A stretch of DNA of 64,000 bases. Source: Myxococcota bacterium. Its GTDB lineage: Bacteria; Myxococcota_A; UBA796; UBA2385. Location of the stretch: contig JBIJDH010000019.1 of assembly GCA_044344255.1 (NCBI GenBank), positions 32,001-96,000 of the forward strand, given 5' to 3'. The translations under genes were made by a program, and so were the position numbers. The notes beneath the pieces are model-generated. The model had not been told where the DNA came from. It saw only the letters and a list, made by a program, of their open reading frames with translations, and did not search any database. Below are positions 55,086-64,000 of the stretch, piece by piece (the stretch's first letter is position 1; every line of letters begins with the position of its first letter).

Positions 55086-55149
55086 AGTCCGCGTCCATGG
55101 GGCATCTCTTCGCGCCCCTCCCGCCGGGATGGTGTACTCATTGGGGACC

Positions 55150-55998
55150 ATGGCCCTCCCCGACCTCTACACGTACCTGGACTATCGCGCGTACCTGCGC
55201 GACTGGTTCTCCGCGAAGAAGAACGCGAACCCGCGGTTCAGCCACCGCTTGTTCGCCCGCAAGGCCGGCCAGAAGTCGCCGAGCCTGCTGCTGCATGTGG
55301 TGGAGCGGAAACGAAACCTCACGCCGCAGACCGTGGATGCTTTCGGGCAGGCCATCGGGCTCAGCGGAGAGGAGGCCGACTTCTTCGCCGCCCTCGTGCA
55401 GCTCGATCAGGCCGAAGATCCCGACGAGCGCAACCGCGCCATGGAGAAGGTGAGGGCAACCCGCCGCTTTCGCGAGGCGCGCCGCCTGCAAGGAGAGTCC
55501 TTCGAGTACCTCTCCTGCTGGTACTACCCCGCGATCCGAGAGCTGGCCCTCTGCCCCGGCTTCCAGGCCGACCCCGAGTGGATCGCCGCCAACCTGCGCC
55601 CGCGCATAACGGGGGCGCAGGCCAAGAAGGCCCTCGAGCTCTTGTTCGCCCTCGGGCTGCTCAAGCGCGAGGCCGAGGGCGCCGTGCACGTCGCCGACGG
55701 CAGCGTGGTCACCCCCCATGAGGTGTTGAGCCTCGCGGTTCACAATTACCACACCGGCATGATCGACCGGGCGCGCGAGGCGTTAGGCGGCTTCCCCCAC
55801 ACCGAGCGACACTTCTGCGGAGTCACCGTGGCCGTCCCCGCTTCGCTGCTGCCGAAGCTCAAGCGAGAGCTGGACGCTTTCCAAGAGCGCCTGCTCGACC
55901 TCTGCGACGGCGCCTCCGACGAGCGGACCCGCATCTTGCAGGTCAACCTGAACCTGTTCCCGCTCTCGGCGGAGCTCCCGCCCACCGGTGCCCCGTGA
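55150..55998 (+). CDS. TIGR02147 family protein
   Basis: YLDYRAYLRDW, FSHRLFARKAG, KRNLT, WYYPAIREL, QVNLNLFPL. Confidence 0.85.
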   Translation: MALPDLYTYLDYRAYLRDWFSAKKNANPRFSHRLFARKAGQKSPSLLLHVVERKRNLTPQTVDAFGQAIGLSGEEADFFAALVQLDQAEDPDERNRAMEKVRATRRFREARRLQGESFEYLSCWYYPAIRELALCPGFQADPEWIAANLRPRITGAQAKKALELLFALGLLKREAEGAVHVADGSVVTPHEVLSLAVHNYHTGMIDRAREALGGFPHTERHFCGVTVAVPASLLPKLKRELDAFQERLLDLCDGASDERTRILQVNLNLFPLSAELPPTGAP

Positions 55999-56738
55999 AC
56001 CCGTCCCTGCTCGCTCCGCTCCTCCTGGTCACGCTCTTCGCCTGCCGCGGCGAAGGGGAGGGCGCCAAGGGGACGGCCGTCGGCAACCCCATCGGCATGC
56101 AAGCCGCAGCGGCGCCGGCCCAAGACGCGACGCTCACCCGCTTTGACGCGCCCACCGAGCACGTCGAGCTCGAAGACTGCCGCGGCGGCCTCGTCACGGT
56201 GCCGGTCCAGCGGAGCCTGGACCTCGTCCAGGGCGAGCCCCTCCCGCTCCCCGAGGGCACCTGGTGCACCCTCACCCTCCAGTTCTCGGGCCCCCTCGCG
56301 CTCCTCGGCAGCGCCGGCACCCACGGGGACTTCAGCGCCGACCTCACCCTCGACCGCCTGAGCTTCTCGAGCTCGAGCGGCATCGGGGCGCTGAGCGCCT
56401 ACGTGCTGGAGCTGGGCGCTCCCGGCTGGATCGACGGCCAAGAGCTGACGCTCGCCTCGGGGGTCACGACCGTGATCGACCCGGACTCAGACGACTACGC
56501 CCACATGGTGAGCGCCCTCCAGCTGCAGTCCGCGGTGTACCGCGACGACGACGAAGACGGCGATCTCTCGGAGGCGGAGCGCGACGAGGGCGCGGAGGCC
56601 GAGCACGACGACGGGGATGACGACGGCTCCGATGGCTCCGACGGCTCGGATGGCTCCGACGGCTCCGACGGTTCGGACGGCTCCGGAGACTCCGGCCGCT
56701 CCAGCGACACCGGCGACCGCCACGAGGCCGAGGACTGA
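55995..56738 (+). CDS. Hypothetical lipoprotein with GTAVGNP motif and acidic (DGS)n tail
   Basis: Lipobox LFAC; GTGA overlap with the TIGR02147 gene; DGSDGSDGS repeat near the C-terminus. Confidence 0.7.
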   Translation: MNPSLLAPLLLVTLFACRGEGEGAKGTAVGNPIGMQAAAAPAQDATLTRFDAPTEHVELEDCRGGLVTVPVQRSLDLVQGEPLPLPEGTWCTLTLQFSGPLALLGSAGTHGDFSADLTLDRLSFSSSSGIGALSAYVLELGAPGWIDGQELTLASGVTTVIDPDSDDYAHMVSALQLQSAVYRDDDEDGDLSEAERDEGAEAEHDDGDDDGSDGSDGSDGSDGSDGSDGSGDSGRSSDTGDRHEAED

Positions 56739-56811
56739 GGCGCGCCGGCCGCGCGGGGGCCCTGCTGCCCCACGGCCCAACCCGGGCTAAACTCCTCCGC
56801 TGGAGGCCCGG

Positions 56812-57786
56812 ATGCGGACCCTTTTTGTCATGGATCCCCTCGATCGGATCAACGTCGCCGGGGACTCCACCTACATGATGATGCTGGAGGCGGCCGCTCG
56901 CGGCTGGCCCGTCTCGTATTGTGTCCCCGATGACCTCTACGCCGAGGGCGGCGTGGCGCGGGCGCGGGTGGGGGACGTGCGGGTGCAGCGGGGGGCCCAG
57001 CCCTTCGAGGTGCTGCGCCGGGAAGACCGCGCCCTCGGCGACTTCGACGTCGTCTGGATGCGGAAGGACCCTCCCTTCGACATGGAGTACATCTTCGCGA
57101 CCTACCTGCTCGACCTCGTGCCCCCCACGACGCTCGTGCTGAACCGCCCCTCCTCCTTGCGCAACTGCAACGAGAAGCTGTTCACGCTGGAATTCGCCGA
57201 GTTCATCACGCCGACGCTGATCACGCGCGACGTGGCGCGGGGCCGGGCCTTCGCCGAGGCCGCCCCCGACCGCATCGTGATCAAGCCCTGGGACGGCAAC
57301 GGCGGCCGCGGCGTGCTGGTCAGCCACAAGGGCGACCCCAACCTCCGCTCCATGCTCGAGATCTTGACCGGAGAGGGCAAGCAGGCCTGCATCATCCAAC
57401 ACTATGTCCCTGAGATCGTTCAGGGGGACAAGCGCGTGATCCTCGTGGACGGTGAACCCGTGGGCTGGATGCTGCGGGTGCCCTCCGCAGGCGACCACCG
57501 CGGGAATATGCACGCCGGCGCACGGGTCGCCGCCTGCGAGCTCACGGAGCGGGATCGGGAGGTCTGTGCGCGGATCGGGCCGAAGCTGCGCGAGCTGGGG
57601 CTCTTGTTCGTGGGGATCGACCTCATCGGGCCCGCCCTGACGGAGATCAACGTGACCAGCCCCACCGGCATCCAGGAGATCAACGCCCTCATGGGCCTCC
57701 GCCTCGAGGTCACCCTGACCGACGCCGTCGAGGCCCGCCTGATCGCACACCGCGCCCAAGCCGGCGGCGCGGGGGTCCAGGGATGA
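56812..57786 (+). CDS. gshB: Glutathione synthetase
   Basis: VMDP, MRKDPPFDMEY, NEKL, GDKRV, GIDLIG, EINVTSPTG. Confidence 0.96.
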   Translation: MRTLFVMDPLDRINVAGDSTYMMMLEAAARGWPVSYCVPDDLYAEGGVARARVGDVRVQRGAQPFEVLRREDRALGDFDVVWMRKDPPFDMEYIFATYLLDLVPPTTLVLNRPSSLRNCNEKLFTLEFAEFITPTLITRDVARGRAFAEAAPDRIVIKPWDGNGGRGVLVSHKGDPNLRSMLEILTGEGKQACIIQHYVPEIVQGDKRVILVDGEPVGWMLRVPSAGDHRGNMHAGARVAACELTERDREVCARIGPKLRELGLLFVGIDLIGPALTEINVTSPTGIQEINALMGLRLEVTLTDAVEARLIAHRAQAGGAGVQG

Positions 57787-59036
57787 GGGCCGTCCTCCTC
57801 GCCCTCGCGCTCGCCACCGGCTGCCTCACCGCGGGCGCGGCGCGGGCCGAGGAGCCCGCCGAGGAGATCGATCACGACGACACCATCGGCGGCAAGCGGC
57901 CGAAGACGGTGGTGGCCGAGCCCTCCGGCCCGGTCGACAACACGGGCTACGCCGCCGGCCTCGCCCGCCACCAGGGCAAAGAGTTCCCCGCCGTCGAGAT
58001 GCTCGGCGCCGAGTGGCTCGGCCTGCAGCCGGTCTTCTTGCACGACACGCGCGTCGGCATCGAGCAGCTCTACCGGGGCGACTACAAGGCCGCCAAGGCG
58101 CACTTCGACAGCCTCGGCATCAAGTACCGCGGCAGCGGCGTGGCGCCGGTGGGGCAGCTCCTGATCTGGCAGGCGCTGATGATCGAGAACTTCGACTTTC
58201 GCTACGACAGCCAGTACCGCAATTCCTACAAGATCTCTCGGCAGGAGCTCCAGCAGGCCCTGCTCGTGCCCGGCAACGAAGCCTGGGAGTACTTCCTCCA
58301 GGCGAGCGTGCTCGGCGTCGACGCGATCCACCTCCTGCGGAAGGAGGAGTGGGTGACCGCCGTGGGCCGCGGCTACGAGGCGCTGAAGTCGGTCGAGAAG
58401 GTGCGCCAGCTCGCCCCCCGCTTCGTCGATGTGCAGCTCGGCGACGGTCTGTTCAACTACTGGACCACCGTGATCTCCATGTCTACGAAGTCGATCCCCG
58501 ACACCGGTGACAACCGGCAGAAGGGCATCGCCCAGATGCGGCAGGTCGAGCAGCAGGGCATCTTCCTCGGCCCCGCCGCGACGCTGGGGCTCACCTTCAC
58601 CTGGATCGAGGAGGGAAAGAACAAGACCGCCCTCGAGTGTGCGCTCCGAAACCACAAGGCCTACCCGAGCAACGTGATCAACACGCTCATCCTCGGGCGG
58701 GTCTACTCCTACAACCGGGCCTACCCGGACGCCGAGCGGGTCTACAAGGAGGTCGTGGCCTCCTCCCCCAACAACCAGCGGGTGCACTACTACCTCGGGC
58801 TGCTCTACCTCCGCTGGAACAAGCTCCCCGAGGCCGAGGCCAGCCTCGACCGCTACCTCGCCTTCACCGACCTCTCCCCCACCTTCCGCGCCAGCGCCCT
58901 GTACTACAAGGGCGCGCTCTACCAGCGGAAGCAGGACATCCCGACGGCCAAGAAGTACTACCAGGACGCCGTGCGGATCGGGAAGATGAAGCGGGCGCAG
59001 CAGCGGCTCGACAAGCTGGCCAAGCAGGGGAAGTGA
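57783..59036 (+). CDS. Secreted tetratricopeptide repeat protein
   Basis: Signal peptide; C-terminal TPR-like helices (HYYLGLLY...AEASL, ALYYKGALY...AKKYYQ). Confidence 0.75.
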   Translation: MRAVLLALALATGCLTAGAARAEEPAEEIDHDDTIGGKRPKTVVAEPSGPVDNTGYAAGLARHQGKEFPAVEMLGAEWLGLQPVFLHDTRVGIEQLYRGDYKAAKAHFDSLGIKYRGSGVAPVGQLLIWQALMIENFDFRYDSQYRNSYKISRQELQQALLVPGNEAWEYFLQASVLGVDAIHLLRKEEWVTAVGRGYEALKSVEKVRQLAPRFVDVQLGDGLFNYWTTVISMSTKSIPDTGDNRQKGIAQMRQVEQQGIFLGPAATLGLTFTWIEEGKNKTALECALRNHKAYPSNVINTLILGRVYSYNRAYPDAERVYKEVVASSPNNQRVHYYLGLLYLRWNKLPEAEASLDRYLAFTDLSPTFRASALYYKGALYQRKQDIPTAKKYYQDAVRIGKMKRAQQRLDKLAKQGK

Positions 59037-59069
59037 CCGGCCCGGGCGCCGCCCGCCCCCCGCGCACCT

Positions 59070-60371
59070 TCAGGGCTGGACGCCCACCGCCCCGACGATG
59101 CCCTCGAGGCTGCTGCCGAGGGCCGTCACGCCCTGGTCGGTGACCGCGGGGCCCGGGGAGAGCTGCAGCACCCGCAGGCCCTCCACCTCGGAGACGAGCA
59201 CGAGGCCGGCCAGCGCGCCGCGGGTGACCTGGGCCAGGGCGCCGGGGAGCTGGGGGCGGCCGCCCACATAGCTGGGCTCGCCCTGGGCTTGGAGCGGCTC
59301 GCTGGCGTCGGGGTCGGCGGCGAAGAGCAGCAGGGCGTCGCCGTAGCCGGAGGCGACGAAGAAGCCGTCGCCGTGGGCGGAGGCGACGAGCGCGATGGGG
59401 TCCTCTACGTCGAGCACGCCCCGGGCCGTGAGCGTGCCGGCCTCGGCGTCTACGCCCACCGCGGCGATGCGGGTGGGGACGCCGGAGAACTCGCTCACGT
59501 CGGTGATGAGGGCGAGGCGGTCGTCGAAGCTGAGCGCGGCGTCGCCCACGTAGGACTCATCGTCGCCGAAGGCATCGACGGTGGCGCTCACGAGGCCGTC
59601 GGCGAGGGCGAGGCGGGCCATGTCGGAGCGCCCGGCCTCCCCGCCCACCTCCCGGGCGACGAACAAGGCGTGGTCGAGCGCGTGGCGGAGCAGGAGCAGG
59701 CGGGCGCCGAGCTTCGACGGGGTGAGGAGGGTGGGCTCTCCGAGCGCGCCGGTCTCACAGTCGATGGGGGCCCGGTAGAGGCCGCCGCCGTTGTTCGCCC
59801 AGTTGCCATCGACCACGTAGAGCCACTCTCCGCTCGGGTCGACAGCGAGGCCCCCCGCGTAGAGGCCGCCGCCGCTCCAGCCGGGGTCGACCACCGAGAC
59901 CTCGGGCGCGGCGCCCACCTCGGCGGGCATGGTGAAGACGCCGATGGTGCCGTCGTCCTGAGCCGCGAAGCCCACCCGGGCGTCGGGGGTGAAGGCCACG
60001 GTGCCATAGTTGGCCCGGCCCATCGTGAAGCGGAGGCCGTCGGGGTCGAGCGCGCCGTCGGCGTCGAGGCGGGCGGCCACCCAGGTGTCGCTCTGATCGC
60101 CGTCGGCGTCGTAGGGCAGGGCGGCGACGACGAGGCGGTCGCGATCGGCGGCGGGGGGCGTGGCCCGGCAACCCTCTGCCTCGGGGAGGGGCTCGCCGGT
60201 GTCCGAGCCACCGTCGCTCCCGTCACTACCGTCACTTCCGTCGGCGCCGTCGCTCCCATCGGCGCCGTCGCCCCCGTCACTCCCGTCGGAGCCGCCCGCC
60301 TTATCACCCTTTTCCGCAGCGCAGCCGACGAGGAGGCCCATCAGCACGACGACATCGACGAGGCGTGTCAT
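59070..60371 (-). CDS. Hypothetical lipoprotein, probable beta-propeller
   Basis: Lipobox LVGC, (DGS/DGA)n linker, VAFTPD and LAVDPSG propeller-like strands. Confidence 0.65.
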   Translation of the reverse strand: MTRLVDVVVLMGLLVGCAAEKGDKAGGSDGSDGGDGADGSDGADGSDGSDGSDGGSDTGEPLPEAEGCRATPPAADRDRLVVAALPYDADGDQSDTWVAARLDADGALDPDGLRFTMGRANYGTVAFTPDARVGFAAQDDGTIGVFTMPAEVGAAPEVSVVDPGWSGGGLYAGGLAVDPSGEWLYVVDGNWANNGGGLYRAPIDCETGALGEPTLLTPSKLGARLLLLRHALDHALFVAREVGGEAGRSDMARLALADGLVSATVDAFGDDESYVGDAALSFDDRLALITDVSEFSGVPTRIAAVGVDAEAGTLTARGVLDVEDPIALVASAHGDGFFVASGYGDALLLFAADPDASEPLQAQGEPSYVGGRPQLPGALAQVTRGALAGLVLVSEVEGLRVLQLSPGPAVTDQGVTALGSSLEGIVGAVGVQP

Positions 60372-60373
60372 GG

Positions 60374-60799
60374 TCAGACCCCCGCGAGCTGGTAGAGCAT
60401 CAGGTAGACGAGCACGCCGGTCACCGAGACGTAGAGCCAGACGGGCAGCGTGAGCTTGACCACCTTCTTGTGCTGTTCGAACTTACCCTTCCAGGCGAAG
60501 TAAATGGCGGAGACCGCGCCGAAGGGCACCGTGGCGGCCAGGATGACGTGGCTCGCCAGCATCACGAGGTAGAAGCTGCGCCCCGGCGCGCTCTCGGGGT
60601 AGGGGTGCGTGCCGGAGAGGGCCACCCGGGTGAGGTAGCTCACCAGGAAGACCGCCGAGATCCCAAAGGCGCCGAGCATCGCTCGCCGGTGCCCCTCCCG
60701 GTTCCCCTGGCGGATCAACCACCAGCCGAGGAGGAGGGAGAGGCCCGAGAGGCCGTTGAGGGTGGCGTTGAGGGCGGCGAGGCGGTCGGCGAGTTCCAT
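60374..60799 (-). CDS. DUF420 family membrane protein
   Basis: LNATLNG, HRRAML, FLVSYL, HVILA, HKK, WLYVSVTGVLVYLMLY. Confidence 0.9.
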   Translation of the reverse strand: MELADRLAALNATLNGLSGLSLLLGWWLIRQGNREGHRRAMLGAFGISAVFLVSYLTRVALSGTHPYPESAPGRSFYLVMLASHVILAATVPFGAVSAIYFAWKGKFEQHKKVVKLTLPVWLYVSVTGVLVYLMLYQLAGV

Positions 60800-60878
60800 G
60801 GGCGGCCCCCTACCACGGGCCCCGGCACCCTCCCAGCACGAGGGCCCGAGCGGTCCCAGCAAGGGTTACGGCGGCCCC

Positions 60879-62591
60879 ATGCGCACCTTCTCCGGCCGTC
60901 CATGGGCCCTCCGCGCGGCCGAGCTCCCCGGGGCCGCCGCCCTCTCCGCCCGCACCGGCCTCCCCGCCGCCGCCGCCGCCTGCCTGCTCTCGCGGGCCGG
61001 CCCCGAGGCCGACCGCTGGCTCCGCCCCGCCTTCGCCCACCTGCACGACCCCTACGCCATGGCCGGGATGGAGGTGGCGGTGGCGCGGGTCCGGCGGGCG
61101 GTCGAGCGCGGGGAGCACGTGCGCATCGTCACCGACTACGACGTCGACGGCACCACCTCGAGCCTCATCCTCCAGAGCGCGCTCCGCCTGCTCGGCGTCG
61201 CCCGGCTGAGCTACCACATCCCCGACCGCTTCGTCGAAGGCTACGGCTTCTCGCGCCTCGCCGCTGAGCAGGCGGGGGCAGACGGCGTGGGCCTCCTCAT
61301 CACCGCGGACATCGGCGTCCGCGACCACGAGGCGGTAGACCGCGCCGCCGCGCTCGGCGTCGACGTCATCATCTGCGACCACCACCTGCCGGCCGGGGAG
61401 GCCGTGCCCGAGCGGGCGCTCACCGTGCTCTGCCCGCCCCAGGTGGGCTGCGGCTACCCGAACAAGGCGCTGGCGGCCTGCGGGGTCTCCCTCAAGCTGG
61501 CCCAGGCCTTGCTCAGCGCCCTGCCCCGCTTCGCCGACCCCGCCGCCCTCGAGCGGGTGCTGCGCTCGATGTTGAAGGTGGCGGCGATCGGGACGGTGGC
61601 CGACGTGGTCGACCTCTCCACCCTCGAGAACCGCGCCATCGTCGCGCTGGGCCTGGAAGAGCTACAGCGCGGGCGGCACTCGCCGGGGCTCCGCGCCCTG
61701 CTCGACTGCGCCGGACTGAAGGCGGGGCCCATCACCGCCGAGGACCTCGGCTTCCGGGTCGGCCCCCGCATCAACGCCGCTGGCCGCCTCGAGCGCGCCA
61801 CCGCGGTGATCGAGCTCTTCGACGAGTCGGACCCTGAGGAGGCCGCCCGCCGGGCCGGCGAGCTCGACCAGCTCAACCGGGCGCGCCAGGGCATCCAGGA
61901 GGAGCTCGTCGACAAGGTGATGGGGCAGCTCCCCGACCCCCTGCCCGCCTTCCTCCTCGCCGCCGGCCCCGAGGCCGAGGGCTGGCACCGCGGCGTCGTC
62001 GGCATCGTCGCCGCCCGCGTGCGCGACCGCGCCGACCGCCCCGCCGCCGTGGCCGCCATCTACGGCGACTTCGCGCACGGCAGCGTGCGCTCGCCCCCGA
62101 CCGTGCACGCCGTCCACGCCCTCGACACCGTCGCCGACCTGCTCGTGCGCTACGGCGGGCACGCCGCCGCCGCCGGCTTCACCGCCCGGGTCGCCGACCT
62201 CCCTGCGCTCTCCCGCCGCCTCGCGGACTACGCCGCCCCCCGCCTCGGCGGCGAGGCCCTGCCCCTCGAGCTCGACGCCGCCTGCCCGATCAGCCTCGTC
62301 GGCCCCGAGCTCGTCACCGCGATGGAGCGGCTCGGCCCCCACGGTAAGGGCAACCCCCAGCCCCTGCTGCGCATCGACGGCGTGCGCCCCACTGGGGTGC
62401 GCACGATGAAGGACAAGCACCTCGGCTTCCGGGCGGGGGCGGTCGACGCCGTCTGGTGGGGGGCCGCCGAGCACGCCCCCCGGATGCAGGGGGCCCTCGA
62501 TCTCGTCGTCACGCTCGGCTGGAACGTCTATCGGGAACAGCGGCGCGTGCAGCTCACGGTGGTAGACGCGCGGCCGGCCGAGGGCCCCTGA
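60879..62591 (+). CDS. recJ: Single-stranded-DNA exonuclease RecJ
   Basis: DYDVDG, EGYG, DHH, YPNK, GTVADV, GPRINAAGRL, GGHAAAAG, GNPQP. Confidence 0.95.
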   Translation: MRTFSGRPWALRAAELPGAAALSARTGLPAAAAACLLSRAGPEADRWLRPAFAHLHDPYAMAGMEVAVARVRRAVERGEHVRIVTDYDVDGTTSSLILQSALRLLGVARLSYHIPDRFVEGYGFSRLAAEQAGADGVGLLITADIGVRDHEAVDRAAALGVDVIICDHHLPAGEAVPERALTVLCPPQVGCGYPNKALAACGVSLKLAQALLSALPRFADPAALERVLRSMLKVAAIGTVADVVDLSTLENRAIVALGLEELQRGRHSPGLRALLDCAGLKAGPITAEDLGFRVGPRINAAGRLERATAVIELFDESDPEEAARRAGELDQLNRARQGIQEELVDKVMGQLPDPLPAFLLAAGPEAEGWHRGVVGIVAARVRDRADRPAAVAAIYGDFAHGSVRSPPTVHAVHALDTVADLLVRYGGHAAAAGFTARVADLPALSRRLADYAAPRLGGEALPLELDAACPISLVGPELVTAMERLGPHGKGNPQPLLRIDGVRPTGVRTMKDKHLGFRAGAVDAVWWGAAEHAPRMQGALDLVVTLGWNVYREQRRVQLTVVDARPAEGP

Positions 62592-62628
62592 GGCGGGTGG
62601 CGCCCTCGCCCCGCGACCCGGGCGGCCC

Positions 62629-63720
62629 TCAGAGGCGGTGCGCCCGCTGGAGCTCGCCCACCTGCCGCGCGGTGGCGAGGAGCTCGGCCTCACCGCCCTC
62701 AAAGGTGGTCGGCAGGGCCTGGGCCTCCCCGCCGCGCCGGCCGAGCTGGCGCGCGAGCTTGAGCAGGAGCGCCCCCGCCTCTCGAGCGTGGCCGCTCTGC
62801 TGGTGGAGGCTGCCGAGCAGGCGGAGGTCGCGGTCCACCGAGCCCCGGTGCGCCGGGCTCTCGGGGCGCAGCGGGCCGAAGCGGCGACCGACGCTCCACA
62901 AGAGCGCCGCGTAGATCAGCCCGAGGTGGCCCATCAGGAGGTCGAAGGGCAGCGCGGTGGCCTCCACCGCCTCGGGGGACCGCGCCTGCTGGCCCTGGTG
63001 CCAGGCGTCGAAGTAGAGGCCCCGGCGGGTGTCGAGCTCGGCCATCGCCACGTCGAGCAGGGCGAGGTTGCCGGCCTCCTGGAGGTAGCCGTTCGTCCAG
63101 GGGCCAGCGCTCGGCAGCACGAGCACCGTCCCGCGGTGGAGGCGCCGGAGCTGCACCACCGGGTCGCCCTCGGGGCCGCGGAAGAGGCCACGGGCGCCCA
63201 CCGTCGGCACCACCTGGGCGCCGCCGCGGGGGTAGCGCAGCGGCGCGGTGAGCACCCAGGGGGAGCTGGGGTCCGGCGTCGCCTCGTGGACGGTCTCGGC
63301 GAAGGTGAGGGCCGCGCCGAGGCTGTCGGGGGGCTCGACCTCCTCGGCGGCCACGTCGAGCTCGAGGGCGAGGTGGAGGGGCGCCTCGAAGGCGCCGGGC
63401 AGGCCGCCGGAGGGCAGCAGCACGACGTCTCCGCCCACGAGCAGCCAACGGCGGAGCGCGTCGGCGTCGGTCGACGTGAAGGGGACGCGCAGGGGCTCGA
63501 TGAGCACCAGCACGCCCGGGGCCAAGGGGAGCTCGCTCAAGGGGCGCTCCCAGGCGACCGGGGCGTGCCCCCGCAGCTCGAGGTAGCGGAACAGGGCCCG
63601 GAGGCCGCCGGCTCGGCGGCTGGTCACGGTGGGCCCCTCGTCGGGGGGCGTCGAGAGCAAGCCGGCGACCGCGATCCCGATCAGGCTCGTGAGCGCGAGC
63701 ATCCAGGCGACCCGCTTCAC
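62629..63720 (-). CDS. DUF4350-like domain membrane protein
   Basis: N-terminal TM, GLRALFRYL, WTNGYL...GNLALL, FDAWH, GRRFGP. Confidence 0.7.
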   Translation of the reverse strand: MKRVAWMLALTSLIGIAVAGLLSTPPDEGPTVTSRRAGGLRALFRYLELRGHAPVAWERPLSELPLAPGVLVLIEPLRVPFTSTDADALRRWLLVGGDVVLLPSGGLPGAFEAPLHLALELDVAAEEVEPPDSLGAALTFAETVHEATPDPSSPWVLTAPLRYPRGGAQVVPTVGARGLFRGPEGDPVVQLRRLHRGTVLVLPSAGPWTNGYLQEAGNLALLDVAMAELDTRRGLYFDAWHQGQQARSPEAVEATALPFDLLMGHLGLIYAALLWSVGRRFGPLRPESPAHRGSVDRDLRLLGSLHQQSGHAREAGALLLKLARQLGRRGGEAQALPTTFEGGEAELLATARQVGELQRAHRL

Positions 63721-64000
63721 GGCGACCTCAGCCCGCGCGCGACCTCGGCGAGGCCCCGCACCTCCGCGAGCTCCGGCGCGGCCTCCCCGTAGAGCAGCCG
63801 ATCGACCGAGCGCGCGAGGCCCTGGAGCGCCGTGAGGCCGTGCCAGTGGGGCTGGGCCTGCCGCACCGAGGCGACGAACTCCCGGTTGGTGACCTCGGGG
63901 CCGAAGCGCCCGAGGCCGCGCTGCTCGAGCGTGAGCGCCAGCCCCACCCAGAGCGCGCGGAGGGCGGCGCGCAGGTCTCCGCTGGCGAGGGCGCGGAGGA
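63717..64000 (-). CDS. DUF4129-like domain protein, 5' end outside the window
   Basis: Open to the window edge: ALASGDLRAALRALW...TNREF...DRLLYG. Confidence 0.65.
   Translation of the reverse strand, partial: LRALASGDLRAALRALWVGLALTLEQRGLGRFGPEVTNREFVASVRQAQPHWHGLTALQGLARSVDRLLYGEAAPELAEVRGLAEVARGLRSP

Overview
Very GC-rich bacterial chromosomal window, most consistent with Myxococcota (inferred from MYXO-CTERM-like tails, Cys/Asp-rich MopE-like repeats, FG-GAP lipoproteins, a TIGR02147-like gene, a Ser/Thr kinase and an FHA-bearing sigma54 activator). It holds about 48 CDSs: housekeeping genes (pyrD, rlmN, ogt, mtnA, lpxB, msbA-like, gshB, recJ, DEAD-box helicase), tRNA-Gly(GCC), tRNA-Arg(TCG) and many secreted or lipoprotein genes. 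No CRISPR array, prophage or intact IS was seen. Two loci stand out. (1) 24246-26885: an 879-aa ORF in which 15 degenerate repeats of about 29 aa are fused to a complete but apparently catalytically dead IS66 TnpC scaffold, between two paralogous FG-GAP lipoprotein genes. (2) 41933-50783: a signalling module made of a kinase-FGE gene, an inserted methyltransferase flanked by a duplicated promoter, a sigma54 activator with nested AAA+ domains and an FHA-like domain, a 10-bp phased repeat, a consensus sigma54 promoter and an astacin/FG-GAP protease. Other oddities: a double-PilT fusion, a thioesterase-HutD fusion, a YD-repeat/beta-barrel fusion, a Uma2 nuclease with possible internal starts, and several apparently leaderless genes. 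All family calls come from motif recognition by eye; no database search was run.
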